This document shows, piece by piece, positions 47,871-58,330 of a DNA stretch of 64,000 bases. Made by a program: the position numbers and the translations under genes. Every line of letters starts with the position of its first letter. Within the stretch, counting starts at the first letter, position 1. The DNA is from Candidatus Fermentibacterota bacterium. Its GTDB lineage: Bacteria; Fermentibacterota; Fermentibacteria; Fermentibacterales; JCC-6. Under the pieces are notes generated by a model. It was not told the DNA's origin. It searched no databases and worked only from the letters and a program-made list of their open reading frames with translations. The stretch spans positions 256,001 through 320,000 of the forward strand of contig CAWJQI010000004.1 of the NCBI GenBank assembly GCA_963845085.1, given 5' to 3'.

Positions 47871-49171
47871 ATGAAGAGCCCTCCGGCTGCTGTTGCCGCA
47901 AGTGTGAAGGGAAGCCCTATCTTCGTGAAATCCCAGAACGAGACCCTGTGTCCCTGCTTCCGAAGCATCGACACTGCAACGATGTTCGCACTCGCCCCCA
48001 CCGGGGAGATATTCCCCCCAAGGCAGCTTCCGATGAGAAGGCCGAACACCAGGTAGTAATGGCTTCCATCGGGGCCCGCCATGTTCATGGCAAGCGCCTT
48101 TGTGACCGGGATCATGGCTGTCACGAACGGCACGTTGTCAACGAAGGCGCTGATGATCATCGAGCCGGCAACTATCATCAGGTACGCCGTGAGCGGGCTC
48201 GAACCGGCGACCCCGGCGAGATAGGATCCGGTGGCCTGCATCACGCCGTACTCCTCGAGTGCGGCCACCATGAAGAAGATGCCTCCGAGCAGGAAAAGGG
48301 TGTCGAGGTCGAAGGCCTTCACAAGTTGCCAGGGGGTTCTCTCCATCGAGCCCGGGGACGGCCTTCTCTTCCGATGGAGCCCGTACCAGATGACCGATGC
48401 GGCTCCGCCGCCTGCGCACAGAATGCCTGCCGCAGTGCCCACCCCGCTCTCGTGAAAGCTCAGCAGCACGAGTCCCGCTATGACTGCCCCGAGGATGTAC
48501 ACCGGCGTCCAGCTGGCCACGGGCGTCACCCTGACCTGCGAGACAGCATCCCGGTTCCTTCCGATGTGCTTCCAGAGGATGGCGAACGATGCAAGCGCCC
48601 CTGCCTGGACCGCGAAGAATATGCCCGGCCTGCCGAACATGAAGAAGAAATCGTTGAAGCCCATGTTCTCGCTGGCGGCGAGGATCATGCTGGGAGGGTC
48701 GCCGACCAGGGTCGCGGTTCCCTGAAGGTTGCTCGATATCGCGATGCCCACGAGAAGCGGCACCGGGTTCGCCCCGTGTTTTCTGCAGACCTCGAAGGCG
48801 ATCGGGGCAACGATCATCACGGTGGCTACGTTTTCTACGAAGATGCTCAGAAAGCCCGAAAGGGCGCAGATCAAAAGGGCCGCCCAACCGTAGTTCCTGC
48901 TGCCGTTGATTATGCGGCTCGCGAGGTTCGCGGGAATGCCTACGTCTATCATTACTTCGGCGATGAACAGGATTCCCCCGAATATCAGAAGCACGTTCCA
49001 GTTGACGCCAGCCAGCAGCCCGGGCACGTCGATGAAGTACCCGAGGCCGCCCCCCGCAAACACTGCGAGGGCTGCGCCGATCCACACCACAACTCCGCGG
49101 TGCCTGTGGGCCATGGCGATGTAGATGTAGATGAGGCCGAAGACTATGGAGAACAGGGCTCCCAGGCTCAA
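47849..49171 (-). CDS. ArsB/NhaD (ion transporter superfamily) permease
   Basis: ENVATV, SSNLQGTATLVGDPP, DNVPFV and GGNISPVGASANIV; TTG start re-called at 49171. Confidence 0.88.
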   Translation of the reverse strand: MSLGALFSIVFGLIYIYIAMAHRHRGVVVWIGAALAVFAGGGLGYFIDVPGLLAGVNWNVLLIFGGILFIAEVMIDVGIPANLASRIINGSRNYGWAALLICALSGFLSIFVENVATVMIVAPIAFEVCRKHGANPVPLLVGIAISSNLQGTATLVGDPPSMILAASENMGFNDFFFMFGRPGIFFAVQAGALASFAILWKHIGRNRDAVSQVRVTPVASWTPVYILGAVIAGLVLLSFHESGVGTAAGILCAGGGAASVIWYGLHRKRRPSPGSMERTPWQLVKAFDLDTLFLLGGIFFMVAALEEYGVMQATGSYLAGVAGSSPLTAYLMIVAGSMIISAFVDNVPFVTAMIPVTKALAMNMAGPDGSHYYLVFGLLIGSCLGGNISPVGASANIVAVSMLRKQGHRVSFWDFTKIGLPFTLAATAAGGLFIWIFWHP

Positions 49172-49172
49172 G

Positions 49173-49820
49173 TTACAGCCCCGGGGTGTAGCTCGTGAGG
49201 TACAGGGTGCTGTCCGGCGTGATCTTGGCCACCATTCCCACATCGGGCGCAAGCCAGATGTCTCGTACGGACATGATGGTGTCGGGATCGTAACCGGCTG
49301 TCTGAACCCAGTTTATGACCGTTTCTTCCTGGTGTACCCTGTAGCAGTTGTCCCACATGCCGTCAGGCGATTCCTCAGGTCCCGTAACAAGGGTGTTCCT
49401 TGTCCAGACGTGGCTGAGGGTGATGCCCTGGCTCACGGCCTGGGCTGAGGCCGAGTCCCTTCTCGTCATTCCGTCGGCAAGCGGCCATTCAAGGTAGGTC
49501 ACCCATGCCTGGTAGACCGGCACCTCGTAGCCGTTGAAAAGCACCCGCCGGTCCTCATAATGCTCGAGACGGCCCTTCTCGTTGATCCAGTAATCGTAGC
49601 CCGCACCGGACTGAAGCCTGTAGCAGGGTCTCTGACCCACTATCACCTGGTCGACCACTGAGACGATCCTGGTGCCGCCGCCCTCGACGGAGTACTCCCA
49701 GACGCTGCCGGTGATATCCACGGGGTAGTAGTCCGAACTGATACGGAAATACACGGGGTTGCTTTCGCATCCCGACGCCATGACGGCGAGGCACACCCCT
49801 GCAGCGATGATGCGTTTCAC
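49173..49820 (-). CDS. Hypothetical lipoprotein
   Basis: Lipobox ASGC; DYYP...GSVWEY and WLAPDVGMV. Confidence 0.7.
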   Translation of the reverse strand: MKRIIAAGVCLAVMASGCESNPVYFRISSDYYPVDITGSVWEYSVEGGGTRIVSVVDQVIVGQRPCYRLQSGAGYDYWINEKGRLEHYEDRRVLFNGYEVPVYQAWVTYLEWPLADGMTRRDSASAQAVSQGITLSHVWTRNTLVTGPEESPDGMWDNCYRVHQEETVINWVQTAGYDPDTIMSVRDIWLAPDVGMVAKITPDSTLYLTSYTPGL

Positions 49821-50350
49821 AGTCCGACCTCCCTGGATACCGCGAGAACGAGCTTGAATGTGTCGCCTGATTTCTGCGAAGCCATGACGCTTTCAAGGTC
49901 GATGCCAAGCCCTGCGCGCCATGGATGGCCGAGGCTCATGTCCCATCTGATCCCGGCCCTCCAGAAGGGATCCCAGCTTGGAGTGTCGGCCCCGCCCCCT
50001 GATTCGAGGGATGTTCTGCACATGCCGAACGTGGCAACGATCCCGGGGTTGAAGGACGGGCTGCCCGGGTTCAGGTAGAAGGCTGTCCTCACTGCCGGCC
50101 TCAGCATGAACAGGGTTGCGTCGCCGCTGTGGCTGTGGGAGAAGGAGGATACGTCTACCGTGCCCCCGGCTCTGAGTTTGGAGGTAACCCTCCACTCCGC
50201 TCCAAGGCCGAGGTTGAAACCGGGGCCGAAGCTTTCGCCCCATCCACCCATGGCGAACCCGGTGCCGATTTCGGCCAGGAGATCCACGGTTCCCGCAGAG
50301 GCCGCCGCTGAGATCAGCAGGGCGGCAAGGATTGCCCTTTTCAAAAGCAC
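49817..50350 (-). CDS. Small outer-membrane beta-barrel protein (hypothetical)
   Basis: Signal peptide followed by about 8 amphipathic Gly/aromatic strands; AGGAG RBS. Confidence 0.6.
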   Translation of the reverse strand: MLLKRAILAALLISAAASAGTVDLLAEIGTGFAMGGWGESFGPGFNLGLGAEWRVTSKLRAGGTVDVSSFSHSHSGDATLFMLRPAVRTAFYLNPGSPSFNPGIVATFGMCRTSLESGGGADTPSWDPFWRAGIRWDMSLGHPWRAGLGIDLESVMASQKSGDTFKLVLAVSREVGL

Positions 50351-50353
50351 CTC

Positions 50354-51121
50354 CTACACTACCTGTATCATTGGCAGGGCATGATGCCTGCTGCCCGCGA
50401 CCAGAGTAAACCTGTCCTCAGATACCCGGCTGGCGCTCGAGAGCGCGAGTTCGGGAGTGTTGTTCTCCTGGCTGAGGTGTGCCAGAACGCATACCTCAAG
50501 CCCGGTGTGGGCCAGTCTTCCGAGAAGTGCAGCCGCATCCTCGTTGCTCAGGTGCCCCAACCCCGAAGAGATCCTCTGTTTGAGGGGCCAGGGATAGGGT
50601 CCGTCCCAGAGCATTTCAAGATCGTGGTTGAATTCAAGCACCAGTCCGTTGCATCCCGAGAGCATCCGCAGAACGAGAGGCCCCGCTTCTCCCATGTCCG
50701 TCGCTATCCCCAGTCTTGCGCCTCCGGCTTCCACCACGAAACCCGACGGATCCGATGCATCGTGCGAGATGCGGAAGGATGTGACGGTAAAGGGACCGAC
50801 ATTCACGGTATCGCCGTTCTCGAACCTTTCCGCTCCGGCCGGCAGCTTCTGCCGGTTGAAGCCCGAGCTGAAAAAAGTGCCCTTCGTCGAGAAGAGAGGC
50901 ACATTCCACTTCCTGGCGAGAACCCCCGCCCCGCGGGAATGATCGCAGTGCTCGTGGCTGACGAACAACCCAAGGGGGGTCATCGCCCCGAAGCCGGCCT
51001 GTTGAAGCCTTTTCAGGTGTTCGCAGCCGCTGAGACCGGCGTCGAAGAAGATGCACCGTCCTTCATGCTCAACGATCAGCGCATTCCCGCTGGAGCCCGA
51101 TGAGAGAATACCCAGGTTCAT
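50354..51121 (-). CDS. MBL-fold metallo-hydrolase (YycJ/WalJ-like)
   Basis: SGSSGN, SHEHCDH, SHDA, EFNHD, GHLSN and HLSQENN; start MNLGIL. Confidence 0.9.
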   Translation of the reverse strand: MNLGILSSGSSGNALIVEHEGRCIFFDAGLSGCEHLKRLQQAGFGAMTPLGLFVSHEHCDHSRGAGVLARKWNVPLFSTKGTFFSSGFNRQKLPAGAERFENGDTVNVGPFTVTSFRISHDASDPSGFVVEAGGARLGIATDMGEAGPLVLRMLSGCNGLVLEFNHDLEMLWDGPYPWPLKQRISSGLGHLSNEDAAALLGRLAHTGLEVCVLAHLSQENNTPELALSSASRVSEDRFTLVAGSRHHALPMIQVV

Positions 51122-52239
51122 GGCGCGACCACCATGTGGAAGAGATGAGGGCCGTACTCGTGAGCCTGTGAACCGGTGCCCCAGAATTCCCTGAGTGCAG
51201 CCTCGCCGCCGGATGGCAGCGTGTTGAGGCTGTAAACGCATATTCCGCCGGCGCCCCTTGCGACGGCTTCATTGGCCGCGGCAAGAGCCGCCTGAACGCT
51301 CTGGTTGAAAACAGCGATGCCGTAGACCACGTCGGAGGGGTGTTCAGCTGTTGTCAAACGGGCCAGCTCGAGGGCACGCCCGCGATCAGTGGAGTAGGCC
51401 ATTGGGCAAACGAAATCTACGAGTCCGTCCGACAGCCAGTCCTGCCAGGGGCTTCCGTACTCGCCCGCGGCGGTGCCGGGATCAGCCATCACCGCACAGG
51501 AGAGAAGGGTGGAAGGAGCCGCGGAATTAAGGCGGAACCTCACCGTTTCGATGGTCATCGTCACCTGGTCGGCCTTCCAGCTCTCCCAGCGGTCGGGGGC
51601 TTCAGAGGGCATGAAACCGGTTTCATTGAAGAACATCGAGACTGCAACCGGCTCGTAGCCGAACGATGAGTTCGGGTACCGAACGTAGTCGAGGTGAATA
51701 CCCTCTACCTGGTAGTTCATCGCTATTTCCAGCGCGATCGATGCGATGAAAGCCCTCACCTCGGGAAGTGCGGGTGAAAGGGTTGCCCCAACTATCCCGG
51801 CCGCCTCTGCTTCGCTTCGCGAATACTCACGGGTGGACCTTCCAGATGCGTCGGCCATGAACCACTCGGGATGGGTGTGCCAGACGTGGCTTGAGTCGGA
51901 GGGCGCCTGCGGGGCTGACCAGACCAGAAAAGCGTTCACCCATGCATGAACCTCCATGCCCCTGGGCTTTGCCCTGGCGATCAGATAGGCAAGCGGGTCA
52001 TCAAATCCGGAAAACTCGGCGCGGGGAAGGATGTCGGAGTTGTAGTAGGCCTCGCCCCTGCCCATCACCTGAACGACAAGGCCGTTGGCTCCGGCAGCCT
52101 CGGCCATCAGGATCAGCCTGTCCAGTGAGTCGGGGTGCACCATTGCATCCCGGGATACCCAGAAGTAACGGCAATCCTCCTCGCCGTAGGAAATCCCGGC
52201 AAGAAGGACGACAAAGAACAGGCAGAGAATTCTTCCCAT
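51118..52239 (-). CDS. GHL10 (YddW/DigH-like) glycoside hydrolase
   Basis: GMEVHAW, GIHLDYVRYP and W..WL..G.VD..CPMAY; signal peptide from MGRILCLFF. Confidence 0.85.
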   Translation of the reverse strand: MGRILCLFFVVLLAGISYGEEDCRYFWVSRDAMVHPDSLDRLILMAEAAGANGLVVQVMGRGEAYYNSDILPRAEFSGFDDPLAYLIARAKPRGMEVHAWVNAFLVWSAPQAPSDSSHVWHTHPEWFMADASGRSTREYSRSEAEAAGIVGATLSPALPEVRAFIASIALEIAMNYQVEGIHLDYVRYPNSSFGYEPVAVSMFFNETGFMPSEAPDRWESWKADQVTMTIETVRFRLNSAAPSTLLSCAVMADPGTAAGEYGSPWQDWLSDGLVDFVCPMAYSTDRGRALELARLTTAEHPSDVVYGIAVFNQSVQAALAAANEAVARGAGGICVYSLNTLPSGGEAALREFWGTGSQAHEYGPHLFHMVVAP

Positions 52240-52287
52240 AAGTGGTAAGATACTTTCGGGGAAGACGGTTTCAAAACGGCCCGGCAA

Positions 52288-53262
52288 TCACCTCAGGCAA
52301 TCCGGGAACTCCTCTTTTCTGGGCCTCCCGAAAAGCATTTCGATGGCCTCTCCAAAACTTATGCTCCCCCTGATCATGCCTGCAACGGCAGCCGTTATCG
52401 GCAGTTCAACGCCGAGGTCGCATGCGAGTCTGAGAAGGGCTTCACTGGTGGCAACCCCTTCTGCGAGGCCTTTTGAACTTTCGCCCCTGGCAAATGCTTC
52501 ACCCCACGCCCGGTTACGGCTCCAGGGGGAGAAGAGCGTTGCCTCGTAGTCACCGAGATGGCTCAGCCCGTAGACGCTCCGCCAATCCCCGCCCGCCGCC
52601 GAAACAAGCCGTGCAACCTCCTGGGGTCCCCTTGCCATCAGCGCGCCCTTCAGCCCCGTCATCCCTTTGCCGTCAAGCATTCCTGCGGCGATCCCGATCA
52701 CATTCTTTGCTGCGGCGCCTATCTCGCAGCCGGGGAGGTCACGACTGTGGTATATCCTTACCAGTTGGGAAGATGCACTCTCCGAGACCCGCAGGGCGCA
52801 GGCTTCGTCCTCCGACGCCACGATCATGCACCCGGGAACTCCCTTCACGAATTCCTGTGGATGGCCGGGACCAACCCAGGCGCATATGGACCGCGGGGCG
52901 ACGCCCTCTTCCAGCGCCACAATTGAAAGCCGTTTCCCGGTGTCCTCCTCGAGGCCCTTCATGCAAAGAACCAGGTCGGACTGCGACAGATCCTGTCCGG
53001 AGAGAATCCGGGCAAGGTTCCTGAAACTCTGGGCGGGGCAGGACACGACCACCTGGTCGGCATCCAGAAGGGCTTCACCGAGGTCGGATGTGAGAATGAC
53101 ACTCTCGGGAAGGGCAAGGTAGTCGTTCCTGCGGGCAGCTCTCAACCGGTCGAACGGTCCGCTGTCCGCAGGCTCCCAGCCGACAACGGAATGGCCGAGC
53201 CTCGCCCCGTACCACAGGTGAAAGCTTCCCCACCTTCCGCACCCGAGAACCGCTGACTTCAT
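52288..53262 (-). CDS. gpsA: NAD(P)H-dependent glycerol-3-phosphate dehydrogenase
   Basis: GCGRWG, CMKGLE, AAKNVIGIAAG, GDYEAT..S..SRN and AEGV.T. Confidence 0.92.
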   Translation of the reverse strand: MKSAVLGCGRWGSFHLWYGARLGHSVVGWEPADSGPFDRLRAARRNDYLALPESVILTSDLGEALLDADQVVVSCPAQSFRNLARILSGQDLSQSDLVLCMKGLEEDTGKRLSIVALEEGVAPRSICAWVGPGHPQEFVKGVPGCMIVASEDEACALRVSESASSQLVRIYHSRDLPGCEIGAAAKNVIGIAAGMLDGKGMTGLKGALMARGPQEVARLVSAAGGDWRSVYGLSHLGDYEATLFSPWSRNRAWGEAFARGESSKGLAEGVATSEALLRLACDLGVELPITAAVAGMIRGSISFGEAIEMLFGRPRKEEFPDCLR

Positions 53263-54572
53263 CTTTCCTGCCTTCTGAGGAACTGCACGTCCCCCCAGTC
53301 CCAGACACGGCCCGGATCTTCATCCACGCTTGCCGGGATGTAATTCCATTCAACGGTCCCGAAGCACACCGAGCAACGGAACTGCACAAGAAAACTCCAC
53401 GCGCACAGGAGCAGGATGACGAAGGCCTGCAAAAGCCGCCTGCGTCCTTCAAGAAGCCTGACCTCATTCACAACGGGGACCAGAAAGTATACCATGAACG
53501 GAACCGCATCGGTGAAAAACCTCGGGCCGGTGCAATGGCCGCCCCACCAGTGGGGAAACATCGAGATAAGGATCCAGTGGAGGAATACGGCGGACGCGAG
53601 TGACCATTCGATCAGCCCGAATTTTCCGTTCCGAACAAGTCGCCAGGCCCCGAAGAACGCCAGGCAAAGCACCGGGGAGAACACGAACAGGCCGCGGTTG
53701 GGGCTGAAAAGGTTCGCAGCGAGCGCCTCGGCGAAAAATGGACCGAACGTTATCCGCGCGGCCTGAAAGTAGGGGGGCAGGAGCGATCCGTACACTCCGA
53801 GGTTGTATGCAACGAACAGCCCCGCCATGGGCAGCATGAAAAGAAGCCCTGCAAATGACCGGCGCGGGTGTTTCACAAATGCAACCAGGGCAAGGCAGAA
53901 GGATGTTACGAGCGTTGTCGGCCTGACAATGTAGGCCAGGAACAAGACCGGGAACAGGAGCGGAATGAAGCGGTCGTTCTCCCTGCCGCGCATCAGCAGG
54001 TAGAGCGCCGAGGAAAGAAGAAGGAGCACCGGACCGTGCTGCCAGAGCGCCCGGCTGGCGGTTGACCATGCCGGCGTGCAGAATGCGTAGATGAAGGTGA
54101 TGAAAAGCGCTTCCGGTATTCGTGCCGCGCATCCTCTCGAGATGAGGAACACGAACACCGCCGACATGGCGACGAAGACCGAGGCGATGAGACGCTCCAC
54201 CCACTCGGCCCGGTCGTGCTGCAGGTACTGCTCGAACGACTCTCCGGTGAACACCCGCATTGCCGTGTCCACCCCCCAGACCATCGGCAGCGAAAGCAGT
54301 GCGGTGCCTATGGGAAAGTGGTTGTAAAGCCCTCCGTCGAGCCCCTCCACGGGTGCGTAGCCGTCCCCGCGGATCCTTTCCCCGTACTCGTTTATATCTG
54401 CATCACCGTGCCTGATGATGCTCTCCGCCACCGGCAGGAACCAGCGTGAGTCGCTGGCCGTGATGACCGGGCAGCTCACATGCGCTGCAAACACGAACAG
54501 GAATACCGCCAGTGGTGCGGACCGAACGAACAGGTTGCTTTTCAATGCTTCCTCTTCAAGGGGAACCGGCAC
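53259..54572 (-). CDS. Polytopic membrane protein, GT-C-like glycosyltransferase candidate
   Basis: Multiple TMs; SD after TM1, ALWQH, RGLFVFSP and WWGG...GPRF. Start uncertain. Confidence 0.65.
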   Translation of the reverse strand: MPVPLEEEALKSNLFVRSAPLAVFLFVFAAHVSCPVITASDSRWFLPVAESIIRHGDADINEYGERIRGDGYAPVEGLDGGLYNHFPIGTALLSLPMVWGVDTAMRVFTGESFEQYLQHDRAEWVERLIASVFVAMSAVFVFLISRGCAARIPEALFITFIYAFCTPAWSTASRALWQHGPVLLLLSSALYLLMRGRENDRFIPLLFPVLFLAYIVRPTTLVTSFCLALVAFVKHPRRSFAGLLFMLPMAGLFVAYNLGVYGSLLPPYFQAARITFGPFFAEALAANLFSPNRGLFVFSPVLCLAFFGAWRLVRNGKFGLIEWSLASAVFLHWILISMFPHWWGGHCTGPRFFTDAVPFMVYFLVPVVNEVRLLEGRRRLLQAFVILLLCAWSFLVQFRCSVCFGTVEWNYIPASVDEDPGRVWDWGDVQFLRRQER

Positions 54573-54665
54573 CCGGGGACTGCGGTGTCAATCGGGCTCC
54601 GATTTCATTTATAATCGTCTTCACAGGTCAAGAAAAGCGTACACCTGATCACAGGGAGGTTCGAG

Positions 54666-55772
54666 ATGAATCGGAAACGTGTTGCTCTGATTCTTGTTCT
54701 TCTGGCTGCCGCATGCGGCGACCAGCCTTCACAGACCGGGCAGGCTGCAGGGCTTCCTGTCGATACGCTTTCAGCAGCCCTTTCAATAGGGGTCGAGCTC
54801 GGTGATTCCACGAACACCTTCGGGGTCATCCAGGATGCATTGGTACTTCCCGACAGCCGACTGCTTGTTCTCGACAGGCAATCCGCCTGCATGAAGCTCT
54901 TCGATTCGGATGGAGAATATGTCAGGCAACTTTCGCGAAGGGGCGGCGGTCCGGGCGAGCTCAACATGCCCTGGGAATTGTTCCTCATGCCGGATGGCAG
55001 GCTTCTCGTCCTTGAGATGATGAAACAGGGCTATGTGGTCTTTGACGAGGATCTTCAGTTCACCGAGGAGATCAGTCACTGGGCGCAGAACCCCCCGATG
55101 CTGGCCTCGCCCCTTTCCGACAGCACCTTTTCCGCCTACAAGATCGACACTGACATGGTGGACGAAAGAATCGTCATGAACCGCCGCATCGTCGTCTACA
55201 GGGTGGGAGAGCAGGATTATGACACCGTCCTCTGGGAGGACTCCCTCACCGCGACACCCGACGACATCATGGAAAACCCATCGATGTTCGTGACCGACCT
55301 TCTGGATGCGTTCTGTCTTGCCGGCGACGAAAACGGTACGGTCTACTTCGCCGAGAAGAGCGGCGAGGTCTACGAGATACTGGGATGGAACTCCTCCGGC
55401 GCGGAGGTCTTCAGGGCAACCATGGCCCTTGAGCCTGTTCCGAAGACCCCCGAGGAGATCGAGGAGGAGAAGGCCTACATGAACCGCTTCTTCGCGGGGA
55501 TGGGAGGCGGAATGTCCTTCGACTTCGAACCCGAGCCCAACCGGAACATGATCGTGGCCCTCGGGATCGGGCCGGGGGGTAACGTATGGGCACAGAGAGG
55601 CACCACTGATACTCCCTTTTTCGACATCTTCGACACTTCAGGCAATCTACTGGGTCACGCCGTTTTCCCCGAACCGGGCTGGAGCTGGACCTTCAGCATC
55701 TCGCCCCGGGGAATCCTTGCATGGGAGGCCGACCCGCCCGAGGGGTACCAGGTGTTGCACCTGCTGCAGTGA
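54666..55772 (+). CDS. Six-bladed beta-propeller lipoprotein
   Basis: GGGAGG RBS; lipobox AAAC; IGVELGD...FG.I and FDSDG..VR...RRGGGPGE. Confidence 0.85.
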   Translation: MNRKRVALILVLLAAACGDQPSQTGQAAGLPVDTLSAALSIGVELGDSTNTFGVIQDALVLPDSRLLVLDRQSACMKLFDSDGEYVRQLSRRGGGPGELNMPWELFLMPDGRLLVLEMMKQGYVVFDEDLQFTEEISHWAQNPPMLASPLSDSTFSAYKIDTDMVDERIVMNRRIVVYRVGEQDYDTVLWEDSLTATPDDIMENPSMFVTDLLDAFCLAGDENGTVYFAEKSGEVYEILGWNSSGAEVFRATMALEPVPKTPEEIEEEKAYMNRFFAGMGGGMSFDFEPEPNRNMIVALGIGPGGNVWAQRGTTDTPFFDIFDTSGNLLGHAVFPEPGWSWTFSISPRGILAWEADPPEGYQVLHLLQ

Positions 55773-55823
55773 AACCTGAAAACAATTCTGATGCATGCAG
55801 TTAGCGCAGCAATCTAAGTTATC

Positions 55824-56867
55824 TTAGTCCGTCCCCAAAAAATCGACGAGGATGGCGCGGAAAAGGTCGCCGTCGAAGCGGTGATCGCCCTGGAATGTGC
55901 TGAGCTCAACATCGCACCCGTGCGAGGCAAGCACCGAGACCGCCTGCAGCGCGGCGTCGAAGTCGACGGCATCATCCTGCTCGCCGTGCACTATCCGTAC
56001 CGGCAGGCTCCGGGCGGCCTCGATCTCCGCGTCGGTGACCCCGTCCGGCAGCCAGCCGCTGAACGGGGCGATGCCGGCGAACCTTGCGGGCTCGCGAAAG
56101 CCGACGAGGTACGTGAGACCGGCGCCCTGCGAGTACCCGAACAGGTAGACTTCGCCGACGTTGTACTCGCCCTCGAGATAGTCGAGAACGGAGAGGACGT
56201 AATCCGTTGCCTGTGCTTCGGAGTACCCCTCCTCGAACCAGCTGTAGCCCGGCCCGTCGCCCGTGTCGAAGGCGAACGGAGCCTGCGGGGCCGCCAGAAT
56301 GCACCGGAACTCACCGGCAATGTTCCAGAGCCTGATGAAACGTTCGGGAGTGCCGCCGTAGCCGTGAAGCCCCAGCAGAAGAGGCAGGGGTTCGCTTCCA
56401 TCGTAGTCCTCCGGTGTTTTTACAACGCACCGGAACGGCCCCGTCGTGCTTACGATGTGTGTAACGCCCACGAGGTCGGTCTCAAGGGAACGAAGCTGAA
56501 CCAGGCTGTCGACGAGCGAGCTGAAGGCGGCGTCGTTCCTTACCGCGTCGAAGTCGGTGTCTCGCCCGAGCAGCTCCATGTCGCGGAAGCCTGCCCGCCA
56601 GGCCCTCCGGAGGTAGGTTGTCGCCAGGTCGGCCCGTTCGAGCAGGCCGTAGCAGCAGGCGAGGTTGTAGATGTAGATCTCATCCCAGGGCTGGGCTCTC
56701 AGACCCTCGATGTAGTATCCGACCGCGCCCTCGTAATCCTGCACCCTGTAGCACGAATCGCCGCTGGCAAATGCCTGGTCGTAGAACCCGGCTTCATCGA
56801 GGAACGAACCCGCAGCGGGATCGTACAGGTCTCCGGACGCCGCGATGGAAAGAAGCATGAAGATCAC
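55824..56867 (-). CDS. TPR + alpha/beta-hydrolase (esterase/phospholipase)
   Basis: N-terminal TPR YNLACCY...DTDFD.VR; LHGYGG, GYSQG, HGEQD and GDH. Confidence 0.82.
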   Translation of the reverse strand: MIFMLLSIAASGDLYDPAAGSFLDEAGFYDQAFASGDSCYRVQDYEGAVGYYIEGLRAQPWDEIYIYNLACCYGLLERADLATTYLRRAWRAGFRDMELLGRDTDFDAVRNDAAFSSLVDSLVQLRSLETDLVGVTHIVSTTGPFRCVVKTPEDYDGSEPLPLLLGLHGYGGTPERFIRLWNIAGEFRCILAAPQAPFAFDTGDGPGYSWFEEGYSEAQATDYVLSVLDYLEGEYNVGEVYLFGYSQGAGLTYLVGFREPARFAGIAPFSGWLPDGVTDAEIEAARSLPVRIVHGEQDDAVDFDAALQAVSVLASHGCDVELSTFQGDHRFDGDLFRAILVDFLGTD

Positions 56868-56926
56868 TCTACGCCCTCCGTTTCTTTACCAATGGAGCAC
56901 AAAAACACGAGCGGCACGGGCAGCCG

Positions 56927-58330
56927 TCATGACAGCCCGCCCCTCACGAGAACGAAATAGAGCACCAGTACAAGAGCCATGAAGTACGAGAGCCAACCGA
57001 CGCGCCTGCCTTTTCCGGCCAGCAGCTTCACGACCGGGTAGCTGATGAACCCCACGGCGAGGCCGTCACCGATCGAGTAGGTGAAGGGGATGGCTATCAT
57101 CGTGAAAAACGCCGGCAGTGCCTCTGAGAAGTCCTTCCAGTCAATCCCTGCAATTCCCTGTATCATCAGGGCGCCGACCACCACAAGGGCCGGGGCGGTT
57201 ATAACCGCGTACCCGCCGACCATGGAAAAGAGCGGCGCGAAGAACAGCGCAACAAGGAAGAGAAGCCCCGCTGTCACGGCCGTAAGGCCGGTTCGCCCCC
57301 CCTGCTCGACCCCTGCGGCGCTCTCGATGAAGCTGGTCACCGTGCTGGTGCCGGCGACTGCCCCCACGACCGTTCCGACGGCATCCGACACCAGTACCTT
57401 CTCCACGTTCGGCAGCCGCCCGTTCCTCATGAACCCGGCCATCGATGCAACTCCGACGAGGGTTCCCATGGTGTCGAAAACGTCCATGAACAGCAGGACG
57501 ATGATGAAGGGAAGCATGGTCAGGTTCAGGGCGCCCGCGATATCCATCTTCATGAAGGTTGGCGCCATCGAGGGCGGGGCGGAAATGATCCTGGCGCCGG
57601 GGGTGAACCCGGCGAGCATCGTTCCGGACATGGACTGCTCGGGAAGGGTCAAACGCAGTACGACGGCCATGGCGGTCACGATGATGATGCCCCAGAAGAT
57701 GCTTCCCCGTACCTTTCTCGCAGCCAGGGCTCCGGTGATGAAGAGTCCGGCCAGGAAGAGCCAGATATCGGGGTTTGAGAAATCGGTGTTGAGCCTGACC
57801 GCCGTTCCCGGGTCGGCAAGCACGAAGCCCGAGTTGCGAAGGCCGATGAATGCGATGAAGAGCCCGATACCACCTGCTATGCCGGCCTTCATGCCGGGGC
57901 TCAGCGCGGTGATCAGCCTGCTTCTCACTCCGAAAACCGAAATGGCGAGGAAAAGCACACCGCTCACGAACACCGCACCGAGTGCAACCTGCCAGGCTGT
58001 CGTTGCCCCCGCCCTGACGGCTGTCAGGGTTGCGGCCGCGGGGATGACGCTGAAAACCATGAAGAAATTCTCGCCCATTCCCGGGGCCTGGGCGATGGGG
58101 TAGCGGGCGTACAGCCCCATGATGATCGATGCGACGGCGGCCGAGATACAGGTGGCGGTCATCACGGCGCCCGCGTCGAGGCCGGTCTCGATCCCGAACA
58201 ACTGCCCCGACAGTATCGCGGGTTGTAGAAAGATGATGTAGGACATCGTGAGAAATACGGTCAAGCCGGCGCCAAGCTCGGTTCCCGCCGTGGTGCCCCG
58301 CGCGGTCAGCCCGAAGATGCGATCAAGCAT
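56927..58330 (-). CDS. NCS2/AzgA family nucleobase permease
   Basis: AQAPGMGENFF, DVFDTMGT and FIESAAGVEQGGRTGL. Confidence 0.93.
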   Translation of the reverse strand: MLDRIFGLTARGTTAGTELGAGLTVFLTMSYIIFLQPAILSGQLFGIETGLDAGAVMTATCISAAVASIIMGLYARYPIAQAPGMGENFFMVFSVIPAAATLTAVRAGATTAWQVALGAVFVSGVLFLAISVFGVRSRLITALSPGMKAGIAGGIGLFIAFIGLRNSGFVLADPGTAVRLNTDFSNPDIWLFLAGLFITGALAARKVRGSIFWGIIIVTAMAVVLRLTLPEQSMSGTMLAGFTPGARIISAPPSMAPTFMKMDIAGALNLTMLPFIIVLLFMDVFDTMGTLVGVASMAGFMRNGRLPNVEKVLVSDAVGTVVGAVAGTSTVTSFIESAAGVEQGGRTGLTAVTAGLLFLVALFFAPLFSMVGGYAVITAPALVVVGALMIQGIAGIDWKDFSEALPAFFTMIAIPFTYSIGDGLAVGFISYPVVKLLAGKGRRVGWLSYFMALVLVLYFVLVRGGLS

